Of a stretch of 37,207 nucleotides of DNA, positions 20,378-29,200 are shown piece by piece. The notes below the pieces were generated by a model. That model had not been told where the DNA came from and ran no database searches. It saw only the letters and a list, made by a program, of their open reading frames with translations. The stretch is from assembly GCA_035303865.1 (NCBI GenBank), contig DATGRC010000027.1, positions 1 through 37,207 on the forward strand, given 5' to 3'. The position numbers and the translations under genes were made by a program. This DNA is from Acidimicrobiales bacterium. GTDB lineage: Bacteria; Actinomycetota; Acidimicrobiia; Acidimicrobiales; VFJN01. Positions within the stretch are counted from its first letter, which is position 1; every line of letters starts with the position of its first letter.

Positions 20378-20862
20378 GCGCCCCTCCAGGGGGCGAGCAC
20401 GAGGTCGAGCTGCGGGAGGCGGTCCAGCCACGCCGCGCCGACAGCCTGGAAGGTGAGGGTGCGGTCGTCGTCGCCCTCGCCGAAGGTGAGCCGCACCTCG
20501 AGCAGGTCGTGGGGCAGGACCGGGGTGATGGCGTCCCCCCACTCGACGAGCACCACGCCGCCGCCGTCGAGCATCTCGGCGAGGCCGAGGTCGGTGGCCT
20601 CGCTCAGCTGGTCCAGGCGGTACACGTCGAGGTGGTGGACGGGGAGGCGGCCCCCTTCGTAGACGTGCACGAGGGTGAAGGTGGGGCTCGTCACCCGCTC
20701 GGTGATGCCCAGCCCGCGGCTGAACCCCTGCACGAACGCGGTCTTCCCAGCACCGAGGTCCCCGGCCAGCACCACGACGTCGCCGGGCTGGGCGAGCGCC
20801 GCGACGGCGGCGCCGAGCGCGCGCGTCTCGTCGACCGAGCGGGTCTGGGCCGTGACCGTCAC
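20371..20862 (-). CDS. tsaE: tRNA threonylcarbamoyladenosine biosynthesis ATPase TsaE
   Basis: 163 aa. GDLGAGKTAFVQG P-loop, SPTFTLVHVY. Confidence 0.9.
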   Translation of the reverse strand: MTVTAQTRSVDETRALGAAVAALAQPGDVVVLAGDLGAGKTAFVQGFSRGLGITERVTSPTFTLVHVYEGGRLPVHHLDVYRLDQLSEATDLGLAEMLDGGGVVLVEWGDAITPVLPHDLLEVRLTFGEGDDDRTLTFQAVGAAWLDRLPQLDLVLAPWRGAC

Positions 20863-20871
20863 GTCTCGAGC

Positions 20872-22023
20872 CTACGGGGACGGGTACCGGCGTTCGACCC
20901 GAGCGCCGATCGCGCAGACCACCTCGTAGGAGATCGTGTCGAGGCGGGCGGCCCACTCGTCGGGGGTGATGCGCTCGTCGCCCTGCCGGCCGAGCAGCAC
21001 CGCCTCGTCGCCGACCGCGACGTCGGCGTCCGGGCCGACGTCCACCATCAGCTGGTCCATGGTCACGACGCCCACCATCGGGTGGCGACGACCGCCGATC
21101 AGCACGTCCTGGTGGAGGAGCCCGAGCCGCCGGAACACGCCGTCGGCGTAGCCGATCGGCAAGGTGGCGACGACGGTGTCGCGCTCGAAGCGGTGGCGGA
21201 GGCCGTAAGAGATCCGCTCCCCTGCCGCCACCTGCTTGACGAAGGACACCTCGGTGGCGAGCCGCACCGCCTGGCGGAGGTCGGCCCGGTCGGCCAGCGC
21301 CGGGCTGGGCGGGATCCCGTAGACGCTGATGCCGCAGCGGACGAGGTCGTAGCGCGCCGCCGGGTGGGCGAGCGCGGCGGCCGAGTTGGCGGCGTGGCGC
21401 ATCGGCACGTCGATCCCAGCGGCGGCGAGGTCGGCGAGGACCCCGTCGTAGCGGGCCAGCTGCTCGGCGGTGAACGGCTCGTCGGGCTCGTCGGCGACGG
21501 CGCAGTGCGTCCACACCGACGCCAGCGTGAGCCACCGCTCGTCGCGGATCGCCTCGGCGACGGCGAGGGCGTCGCCCGGCTCCACCCCGACGCGGCGCAT
21601 CCCGGTGTCGACCTTCAGGTGGACGCGGGCGGCGACGCCCCGAGCCCGGGCCGCGTCGGCCAGGGTGCGCAGCAGGTCCGGGCTGTAGACGGTGACGTCG
21701 AGGTCCAGCTCCAGTGCGTCGTCGAGCTCGTCGGGCCGGGGCTGGGACAGCAGCAGGATCGGCGCCTCGATGCCGAGGTCCCGGAGCGGGGCCGCCTCGG
21801 GGACCTGGGCGACGGCCAGCCAGGTGGCGCCGGCAGCCAGCGCCGCCCGGGCCACGGGCGCGGCGCCGTGCCCGTAGCCGTCGGCCTTCACGACGGCGCA
21901 CACCTCGGCCGGGGCGGCGACGCGGCGCAGCTGGGCCACGTTGTGGGCGATCGCGTCGAGGTCCACCTCGGCCCAGGCTCGGGAGGGCATCGGGCGGCCA
22001 CCCCCGCTGACCCGGGGCGTCAC
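20872..22023 (-). CDS. alr: Alanine racemase
   Basis: 383 aa. AVVKADGYGHG (PLP Lys), SYGLRH, VTMDQLMVDV. GTG 22023 overlaps the nnr stop (GTGA). ATG 21990 is an alternative start. Confidence 0.92.
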   Translation of the reverse strand: MTPRVSGGGRPMPSRAWAEVDLDAIAHNVAQLRRVAAPAEVCAVVKADGYGHGAAPVARAALAAGATWLAVAQVPEAAPLRDLGIEAPILLLSQPRPDELDDALELDLDVTVYSPDLLRTLADAARARGVAARVHLKVDTGMRRVGVEPGDALAVAEAIRDERWLTLASVWTHCAVADEPDEPFTAEQLARYDGVLADLAAAGIDVPMRHAANSAAALAHPAARYDLVRCGISVYGIPPSPALADRADLRQAVRLATEVSFVKQVAAGERISYGLRHRFERDTVVATLPIGYADGVFRRLGLLHQDVLIGGRRHPMVGVVTMDQLMVDVGPDADVAVGDEAVLLGRQGDERITPDEWAARLDTISYEVVCAIGARVERRYPSP

Positions 22024-23420
22024 GGCCCGGCCTCCGGCTCGCGACCCACCTCGGCCAGCGCGTCGGGGAGCAGGGCGAGGAGGTCGGTGGCCACGAGGCC
22101 CCGGTCCGGGCCGAGGGCGGCGGCCCGGCCGTGCAGCCAGGCGCCGACCGCGGCGGCGTCGAACGGCGGGACCCCCTGGGCGATGAGCGCGGCGATGACG
22201 CCGCTCAGCACGTCGCCGGTGCCGGCGGTGGCCAAGCGCTGGTCGCCGGCGGCGACGACCCGGGCCGCGCCCTGCGGGTGCGCCACGACGGTGGTGGGGC
22301 CCTTGAGGAGGACGACCGCGCCGGCGTCGGCGGCCAGCTGGCGAGCGGCGGCGATGCGGTCGGGTCCGGGACGGTCGCCGGCGAGCCGGGCGAACTCGCC
22401 GTCGTGGGGTGTGAGCACGGTGGCGGCGACCCGGTCCCGAACGACGTCGAGGTCCCGGCCGACCGCGGCGAGCCCGTCCCCGTCGACCACGGCGGCCACG
22501 GGGGCGGAGCCGAGGAGCAGGCGCACCCCGCCGCGGGTGGCCAGCGAGGTGCCGAGCCCGGGGCCGACGACGAGGGCCCGGAAGCGGTGCAGCTCGCGGC
22601 TGACGGCTTCGGCCCAGCCGTCGTCGGGGAGCCGGAGGCCGACGGCCTCGGTGGGCCGCCGGGGGTCGTCATCGAGGCCCGGGGTGGCGAGGCGCACCAT
22701 CCCGGCCCCGGCCCGCTGGGCGGCGGCGGCGGTGAGGTGGGCGGCTCCGGTCATCCCCGGCGAGCCGGCCACGACCATGACGGCGCTGTCCCACTTGTGG
22801 GCGGTGGCCCGGCGCCGGGGGAGCGCCGCCGCGACGTCGGCCCCCTCGACGAGGTGGGTGGTGGCGCGGGAGACGTCGAGCCCGATGTCGGCGAGGGCGA
22901 CGGCGCCGGCGAGGCTGCGGCCCGGCTCGAGGAGGAGGCCGGGCTTGAGGGCGGCGAAGGTGATCGTGCGGTCGGCGGCGAGGACCCGCTCGGCGGCCTC
23001 GCCGGTGAGGCCCGACACGCCGCTCGGGATGTCGACGGCGAGCACCGGCGTGCCGGGCGCGACGAGCGGCGCACGGTACTCGCCCCGGAAGCCGGTGCCG
23101 TACGCGGCGTCGATGACGAGGTCGGCGGGGGGCAGCTGGTACGGGGCGGCGTGGGCCTCGATGACCTGCACCCGGACGCCGCGTCGGCGCAGGCGCCGGG
23201 CCGCGGACCGCCCGTCGGCGCCGTTGTTGCCCTTGCCGGCGAGCACGACGGCGCGGCGCCCGTACCCCCCGCCGAGGAGGCGGAGGGCTTCGCGGGCCAC
23301 CGCGGCGCCGGCCCGCTCGATGAGCTCGACGACCGGCTCGGGGGCGGCCGCGTCGACCGCGGCCATCTCGGCCGGAGTGAGGACCGGGATCACGGGGCCA
23401 GCGTACGACCCCGCCGCCAC
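22020..23420 (-). CDS. nnr: Bifunctional NAD(P)H-hydrate epimerase / ADP-dependent dehydratase
   Basis: 466 aa. N-terminal YjeF_N part (VLAGKGNNGADG) and C-terminal carbohydrate-kinase part (HKWDSAVMVVAGSPGMTGAAHL, GTGDVLSGVIAAL). Start uncertain; GTG 23393 is an alternative. Confidence 0.88.
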   Translation of the reverse strand: MAAGSYAGPVIPVLTPAEMAAVDAAAPEPVVELIERAGAAVAREALRLLGGGYGRRAVVLAGKGNNGADGRSAARRLRRRGVRVQVIEAHAAPYQLPPADLVIDAAYGTGFRGEYRAPLVAPGTPVLAVDIPSGVSGLTGEAAERVLAADRTITFAALKPGLLLEPGRSLAGAVALADIGLDVSRATTHLVEGADVAAALPRRRATAHKWDSAVMVVAGSPGMTGAAHLTAAAAQRAGAGMVRLATPGLDDDPRRPTEAVGLRLPDDGWAEAVSRELHRFRALVVGPGLGTSLATRGGVRLLLGSAPVAAVVDGDGLAAVGRDLDVVRDRVAATVLTPHDGEFARLAGDRPGPDRIAAARQLAADAGAVVLLKGPTTVVAHPQGAARVVAAGDQRLATAGTGDVLSGVIAALIAQGVPPFDAAAVGAWLHGRAAALGPDRGLVATDLLALLPDALAEVGREPEAGP

Positions 23421-23471
23421 CGGTCCCGACGACCGGGACCGTCGCTCGCGGCGCCCCGGCGACGGCCGCCG

Positions 23472-24377
23472 TCAGGCTGGGTCACGAACCTCGAGCCGCT
23501 CGAGGCGGTACTCCCACGGGGTGTCGCTGGCGGTGGCGCTGCAGGTGAGGGCCACGGCGGCACCCCGGTGGCGGGACACGGTGGCGAGCAGGGCGCCGGC
23601 TCCGTAGCCGAGCTCGACGGTGATCTGGTCGCCGTCGCGGGTCCAGGCCCGGGGCTCGAGGAGGGCGAGGCGGCGCTCGCCGAGCTCGAGCCGGGCGAGC
23701 ACCTCGGCGGCCTGGACGAGCGGCGGGTAGCAGCTGCGGCCCCGGTAGTGGTCGAGGGCGAGGAACCCGTCGGCGTGGTCGCGCAGGATGGCGACGGCCC
23801 GCTCCGGCGGGACCCGGCCGAAGTAGACGCCGGAGGGGAGGCAGACGACGTTGGCGGCGAAGCGGTCGCCGCCGACGTGGGAGGACTCCCACACGTCCTG
23901 GCCGGCGGCCCGCAGGACCCGGACCACGGGCCGGCCGAAGTCGGCGCAGCACGGGTCGTGGCGGCCGTTGGTGCACACGAGGTCGAGGCGCTCGACCCGC
24001 TCGCCCACCCCGGGCGGCGCGTCGGCGTCGAGCGCGCCGAGGGGCAGGTGGAGCAGCGCCTCGGGCTCGCGGATCCGCAGCCGCTCGGCCCAGCTGACCT
24101 GACGGTCGGAGCGGACGAGGAAGACCTGGTGGGCCCCGGTGGTGGGGGCCATCGAGCGACGCACGAGCACCACCCTCGCTCCGTGCCGGGCGGCGAGGCG
24201 ATGGACGCCCTCGGCCACGGCCTCGGGGATGCGGCTCTCCCGCAGCGCGTCGCTCCCCCAGGAGCCGGGCTGCTCCACGAGCAGCCACCGCCGCACCCGG
24301 GAGGCGGTGCCGAGGACCAGCTCGCCGCGCCGGCGCGAGTCGAGGGCGCAGCCGGGCGCCCCGGGCTCACGAGCCAT
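23472..24377 (-). CDS. Sucrase/ferredoxin-like (Suc_Fer-like) thioredoxin-fold protein
   Basis: 301 aa. WLLVEQPGSWG, LVCTNGRHDPCCADFGRP, SSHVGGDRFAANVV. The ATG overlaps the upstream cupin gene stop by 11 nt. Confidence 0.8.
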   Translation of the reverse strand: MAREPGAPGCALDSRRRGELVLGTASRVRRWLLVEQPGSWGSDALRESRIPEAVAEGVHRLAARHGARVVLVRRSMAPTTGAHQVFLVRSDRQVSWAERLRIREPEALLHLPLGALDADAPPGVGERVERLDLVCTNGRHDPCCADFGRPVVRVLRAAGQDVWESSHVGGDRFAANVVCLPSGVYFGRVPPERAVAILRDHADGFLALDHYRGRSCYPPLVQAAEVLARLELGERRLALLEPRAWTRDGDQITVELGYGAGALLATVSRHRGAAVALTCSATASDTPWEYRLERLEVRDPA

Positions 24378-25584
24378 CGGTGCGGTGGAGCACGCCCTCG
24401 CGCAGGAGGCGGCGGACGAAGACGGCTCGGCTGCCCTCGTCGAGCAGGTCCGAGAGGGCGCCGACGGGCAGCGCGGGCCCGTCCAGGACGCGGCGCAGCG
24501 CCGGCTCCAGGGCCGCTGGCAGGTCGATGCGGCGGTCGCTCAGCTCGAGCCCGATGCGGGACCCGTCGTCGCGGTCCGGGCGGGGGTGCAGCCGCCACGC
24601 CACGCCCGGTCGGCGGGCGACGACGGTGGCGTCGTCCACGGCACGGTCGGCGACCAGCTCGAGGAGCTGGCCCCGGCGCCGGGGGCTGCGCCGAGCCGAC
24701 TCCCGCCACACGAGCTCGTCGGCCACCTCCTCGGCGGGGAGGTCCTCGAGCCAGCGGAGCAGGTCGGCGACGACGTCCTTCACGACCCGCTGCGCGGTGT
24801 CGTCGTCGGCCGCGAACCGCACCGGCAGGGACCGCCGGAACGCGGGGTCCTCGGCCGTGCGGTCCACGATCTGGCGGAGCAGGTCGTGGCGGGTGCGGTT
24901 GAGGATCCCGATGGTCAGGTGGAGCGACGCCTCGGCCTGGGCGGCGGCCGAGTGCACGAAGCCGCGGGGCAGGTAGAGCGCGTCGCCGGGCTCGAGCACC
25001 CCGTCGAAGAGGACCGGCTGGGCGCCGGCCGCCTCGTGGTCGGAGCGGTGCCGCTCGAGGGGCGCCTCGACGAGCGGCTCGCGCACGGTCCAGTGCTTCG
25101 TGCCCTCGACCTGGAGGACGAGCACGTCGTGGGTGTCATGGTGCGGGGCGAACCCGGCGGCGCCGGCGGGGGTCAGGTAGGCGTTGGCCTGCACCGGGTG
25201 GCCGAGCTCGTGCTCGAGCTCGGCGCAGAAGTCCCCGAGCGGGGGCCACCAGCGGTGCAGCGAGTTGAGGACGATCGTGGCGCCGTCGGCGAAGGCGGCG
25301 AGGGTGCGGGCCGGGTCGACGAGGTCGTCGATCCAGGTGCTGCCGGTGCGGGCGCGGCGGGTGAACGACGACGGGGGAAGGACCTCGCCGTCGCGCGCCA
25401 GCCGCACCGCGGGTCGGCGCAGCCCCCCACCGGTGAGCTGGGCGTCGACGTCGGCCACCGACAGGAGGTCGGTGAACGGACCCGAGCGCCACCGGTGGGG
25501 AGCTCGGCCGAAGGCTTCGGCCAGGAAGGCCCCGGCGTCGCCGACGCAGCGCCCGAGGGCGCTGGTCGGCGGTCGCGCGGTCAC
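24367..25584 (-). CDS. JmjC / cupin-4 Fe(II)-2OG oxygenase (ribosomal-oxygenase YcfD/RoxA-like)
   Basis: 405 aa. FAPHHDTHDVLVLQVEGTKHWTV provides the HxD of the facial triad, and GDALYLPRGFVHSA provides the distal His. GTG start lies 13 nt after the micro-ORF stop; exact start uncertain. Confidence 0.8.
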   Translation of the reverse strand: MTARPPTSALGRCVGDAGAFLAEAFGRAPHRWRSGPFTDLLSVADVDAQLTGGGLRRPAVRLARDGEVLPPSSFTRRARTGSTWIDDLVDPARTLAAFADGATIVLNSLHRWWPPLGDFCAELEHELGHPVQANAYLTPAGAAGFAPHHDTHDVLVLQVEGTKHWTVREPLVEAPLERHRSDHEAAGAQPVLFDGVLEPGDALYLPRGFVHSAAAQAEASLHLTIGILNRTRHDLLRQIVDRTAEDPAFRRSLPVRFAADDDTAQRVVKDVVADLLRWLEDLPAEEVADELVWRESARRSPRRRGQLLELVADRAVDDATVVARRPGVAWRLHPRPDRDDGSRIGLELSDRRIDLPAALEPALRRVLDGPALPVGALSDLLDEGSRAVFVRRLLREGVLHRTDGS

Positions 25585-25597
25585 GGGGGGACGCCGG

Positions 25598-25783
25598 TCA
25601 GGCGTCGGTGCCGTCGGCGTCGCCGCCGTCGGTACCGTCGTCGTCGGCGTCCGTGCCGTCGTCGTCGGCGTCCGTGCCGTCGGCGTCGCCGCCGTCGGTG
25701 GCGTCGTCGTCGCCCTGGGCCTTCGGCGAGGTGATCAGCTCGGTGCGGATGTCCTCATCGGTGAGGTTGGTGACCACGGTCAT
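25598..25783 (-). CDS. Asp-rich repeat micro-protein (61 aa), hypothetical
   Basis: MTVVTNLTDEDIRTELITSPKAQGDDDATDGGDADGTDADDDGTDADDDGTDGGDADGTDA. ATG 25783 has AAAGG 8 nt upstream. GC3 is nearly saturated and in frame. This is the C-terminal part of track ORF 25598-26047, whose Arg-rich upstream part is rejected. Confidence 0.6.
   Translation of the reverse strand: MTVVTNLTDEDIRTELITSPKAQGDDDATDGGDADGTDADDDGTDADDDGTDGGDADGTDA
25613..25699 (-). repeat. In-frame 21-nt (7-codon) repeats inside the micro-ORF, in X-Y-Y-X arrangement
   Basis: Plus strand X = GTCGGCGTCGCCGCCGTCGGT at 25613-25633 and 25679-25699. Y = GTCGTCGTCGGCGTCCGTGCC at 25637-25657 and 25658-25678. All copies are perfect. Confidence 0.85.
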
Positions 25784-25887
25784 CGGCTGTGCCTTTCTGT
25801 CTCTGGGGCAGCCCCGGGAACCTGCCCACCGGGCCCAAGGTCTACACGGCGCTCCGGCCCCGTGCTCGGGCCCCGGCGACCGGTCGC

Positions 25888-26253
25888 TCAGAGGGCGACG
25901 GCGACGGCCTCGGCCAGCAGCGGCGTGTGGGTGAGCGTGAGCAGCCAGCGCTGGATCCCCCGCTCGTCGGCGGCGGCGAGCGCGGCGCCGGTGAGCCGCA
26001 GGGACGGCTGGCCGCTGCCGGCTCGCACCACCTCGATGTCGTGCCACCGGCAGGCGCCGAGGCCGAGCCCCATCGCCTTCAGCACCGCCTCCTTGGCCGC
26101 GAAGCGCGCCGCGTACCGCTCGGCCGGGTCGCCGCGCCGCTCGCAGTACGCCCGCTCCTCCGGGGTGAAGAGCCGGTGGGCGAGGGTGGGGGTCCGCTCC
26201 AGCGAGGTCCGCATCCGCGGCACCTCGCAGAGGTCGACCCCGATCCCGATCAC
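25888..26253 (-). CDS. acpS: Holo-[acyl-carrier-protein] synthase
   Basis: 121 aa from GTG 26253, which overlaps the glmS stop (GTGA). VIGIGVDLCEV, RFAAKEAVLKAMG. Confidence 0.9.
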   Translation of the reverse strand: MIGIGVDLCEVPRMRTSLERTPTLAHRLFTPEERAYCERRGDPAERYAARFAAKEAVLKAMGLGLGACRWHDIEVVRAGSGQPSLRLTGAALAAADERGIQRWLLTLTHTPLLAEAVAVAL

Positions 26254-29200
26254 GAGCGGAACCGGTCGGCCAGCTCTCGGATGGGCTCGACGAGCAGGTC
26301 GACGGCCGGGGTCTCGGCGAGCAGGTCCTCCCGGAAGGTCGGCTCGGTCTCGAGCACGGCGTCGCGCAGGGCCGACCAGCGGTTGCGGTAGCCCTGCAGG
26401 ACGCCGCGGGCGGCGGCCACGGAGAGGCGGTCCTGGAAGCGGACGTGCAGCAGCGTGATGCCGGTGGCCTTGTCGTCCTTGGTCTCGGGGACGATGACGA
26501 CGGTGCGGCCGTCCACGCGGCCCCGGGTCACGAAGACCTGGCGCTCGACGGCCACCGTGTGCTTGGTGCCCCGCAGGCGGCCGCCCCGCTCGGTGCGCGA
26601 CGGGATGTCCAGCGCGATGCCGCCCCGGTCGACGACGTGGACGGGCACCTCGCCGTCCTCGGCCTCGCCGTCGAGCTCGTAGCGGATCCAGCCGGTGACC
26701 TCCGCGATCGCCGGGTCGAGGTCGGCCAGGGTGCGCAGCACCCGGTAGGAGAGGCGGTCGCGGGCGGTGCCGGCGGCGAGGACGGCCTGCACGAGGCGGG
26801 GCTGGAGCAGCGTCTCGTCGCTGCGGGAGATGCCGACCGTGACCGTCTTGGCCTGGTGCTTGATGGCGTCGACGGGCCGGGTGAGCTCCTCGATGCCCTG
26901 GGTGAGCGCGGCCGTGAGGTCCTCGATGACCACGGCCGGGGTGCCGATGCGACCCATCTCCGCCTGGTAGGCGTCGAGCGAGGCGATCCCGAGCGCGTAG
27001 CGGAAGGCACCGGCCAGGCGCACGGCCGAGCTGGCCTCGAGGTTGCCGTCGTAAGCGCCGGCGCGCAGCCCGTCGAAGAACCGGGTGGCGGCGGCGGTGA
27101 GCGCGGGTCGGAGCTGCTGGAGCAGCGCGTCCCCGTCGGCGGCGGCCGACTCCCCCACCGCCTCCTCGATGGCGGCCCTGGCCTCGCGCAGCGGGAGGGC
27201 CTGCGCGTCGATGGCGAGCGCCGCCTCGTAGCCGAAGAGGTGCCCCGCCACCGCGGTGAGCACGAAGCCCAGCTGCGGGTGGCACTGCGGCACGGAGATC
27301 ACCGAGACGGCGGCGCTGTAGCGGGCCTGGTCGTCGCTGGCGATGACGATCGGGGTGGCCTTGTGGGCCCGGTAGATCGCCACCTCCTTGGCCACGTCGT
27401 CCGCGGTGGAGCCCTCGAGCCCCGCGGCGCACACGAGGATCATCGGCTCGCAGGACAGGTCGATGTGCTTCTTGTCCTCGGTGGCGTCGCAGGCGATCGA
27501 CCGGTAGCAGAGCTCGCTGAGCTTGATGCGCAGCTCGGCGGCGGCGATCCGGTTCACGCCGTTGCCGACGATGGCCCAGTACCGCTTGGCCGGCGCGAGC
27601 TCGCGAGCGGCGGCGGCGACCGCGTCTCGGCGGCGGAGCGTCTCCTCCATCTTCTCGGGGAGGCCGCGCAGCTCGGCGAGCAGCGCCGGGTCGACCGAGC
27701 CGCCCACCTCCTCGGCGATGGCCCAGGCGAGGAGGAAGCCGGCGGCGATCTGGGAGTAGAACGCCTTGGTGGAGGCCACGCTCATCTCCACGTCGCGCCC
27801 GTCGGAGGTGTAGAGGACGCCGTCGGACTTGTCCGTGAGGTCCGAGCCCCGGCGGTTGACGATCGACACGACGGTGGCGCCTCGCCCGCGGGCGAGGTCG
27901 ACGGTGCGGTTGGTGTCGGTGGTGGTGCCCGACTGGCTGATGGCCACGACGAGGGTGTCGGACATGTCGGGGCGCAGCCCGAAGCCGGACAGCTCGGTGG
28001 CGGGCAGGGCCTCGACCCGCAGGCAGCCCTCCGGGGCGGCGGCCTCGAGGGCGGCGGCGAGGCTCTGGCCGGCCACGTGGGCGGTGCCCTGGCCGATGAC
28101 CTGGACCCGGGTGATGCGGCCCTCCCGGAACCCGGCCCGCACCTCGGGGGTGAGGACGTCGGGTCCGAGCTCGACGGCGAGGCGCCCGTCGCGCTCGACG
28201 AGCTTGCCCCGCAGCGTCTTGCGGAAGCTGTTGGGGGCCTCCGAGATCTCCTTGAGCAGGTAGTGGGGGTGGTCGCCGCGGTCGATGTCGCGGGTGGTGA
28301 CCTCGGCCCGGTGGAGGTCGGCCTCGGTGACGGGGAGGTCGGTGCCGTCGTAGGCCTGGCGGGTGATCCCCTCGAGCGTGCCGGGGCGGGTGCCGTCGAG
28401 GACGACGATCTGGCCGCGGCTGGCGGTGGGGTTCTCCGGGTTGGCCGGGGTCTCGCCGTCGAGGCGCAGGTAGGTGTCGGTCAGCTCGACGACCCCGTAG
28501 GGCTCGGAGGCCACGATGTAGCAGCCGTCGGCCAGGCCGACGTAGAGCGCCTGGCCGGAGCCCCGCAGCGCGAGGAGGAGCTGGTCGGGGTGGGTGGCGG
28601 CGCTGGCGCCGATGGCCACCGACCCCTCGAAGGTGGCGACGGTGTCCCGGAACGCATCGACGAGCGCGGCGCCCTCGTCCAGGCGCCGCGAGATGAGGGT
28701 GGGGATGACCTTCGCGTCGGTGGTGATCTCGGGGGCGACGCGCAGCGCCTCGGCGGCCTTGAGGTCGGCGAAGTTGTCCACGTCGCCGTTCAGGACGGCG
28801 GACACGTAGGGCCCGTCGACGCGGTCGACCTCGTAGCTGTCGACGGGGTGCGCGTTGGGCTGGGAGATGATGCCGATGCTCGCCCAGCGGGTGTGGCCGA
28901 GGACCGTGGCGCGGGCCCGCTCGCCTCGCAGGGCGAGGTGGAGCAGCTCGTCGCCCACGACCTCGGCCCGGATGGCGGCGGTGTTGTCGCCGAGCTCGCC
29001 GATCTCGGCGGCCGCCTTGTAGACGAAGCAGAGGTGGCCCTCGGGGGTGCGCACCGTCCCGCTGCGGCACAGCGGATCGCCCGTCCGGGCCTCGAGGAGC
29101 TGCGCCACGGCGGGGTCGGCGAGATCGAGGTCGTGGTCCTGGACGAGCACCTCGATGCCGGCCGAGTCGCGCCCCCGCACCTCGAGGCGGTCGATCGCCG

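Noticed and set aside
25598-25700. The repeats could be read as a non-coding tandem repeat or mini CRISPR-like array
   Set aside because: The units are 21 nt and contiguous, with no spacers. They are in frame with an SD-preceded ATG and show codon-position GC bias, so coding repeats are the better explanation.
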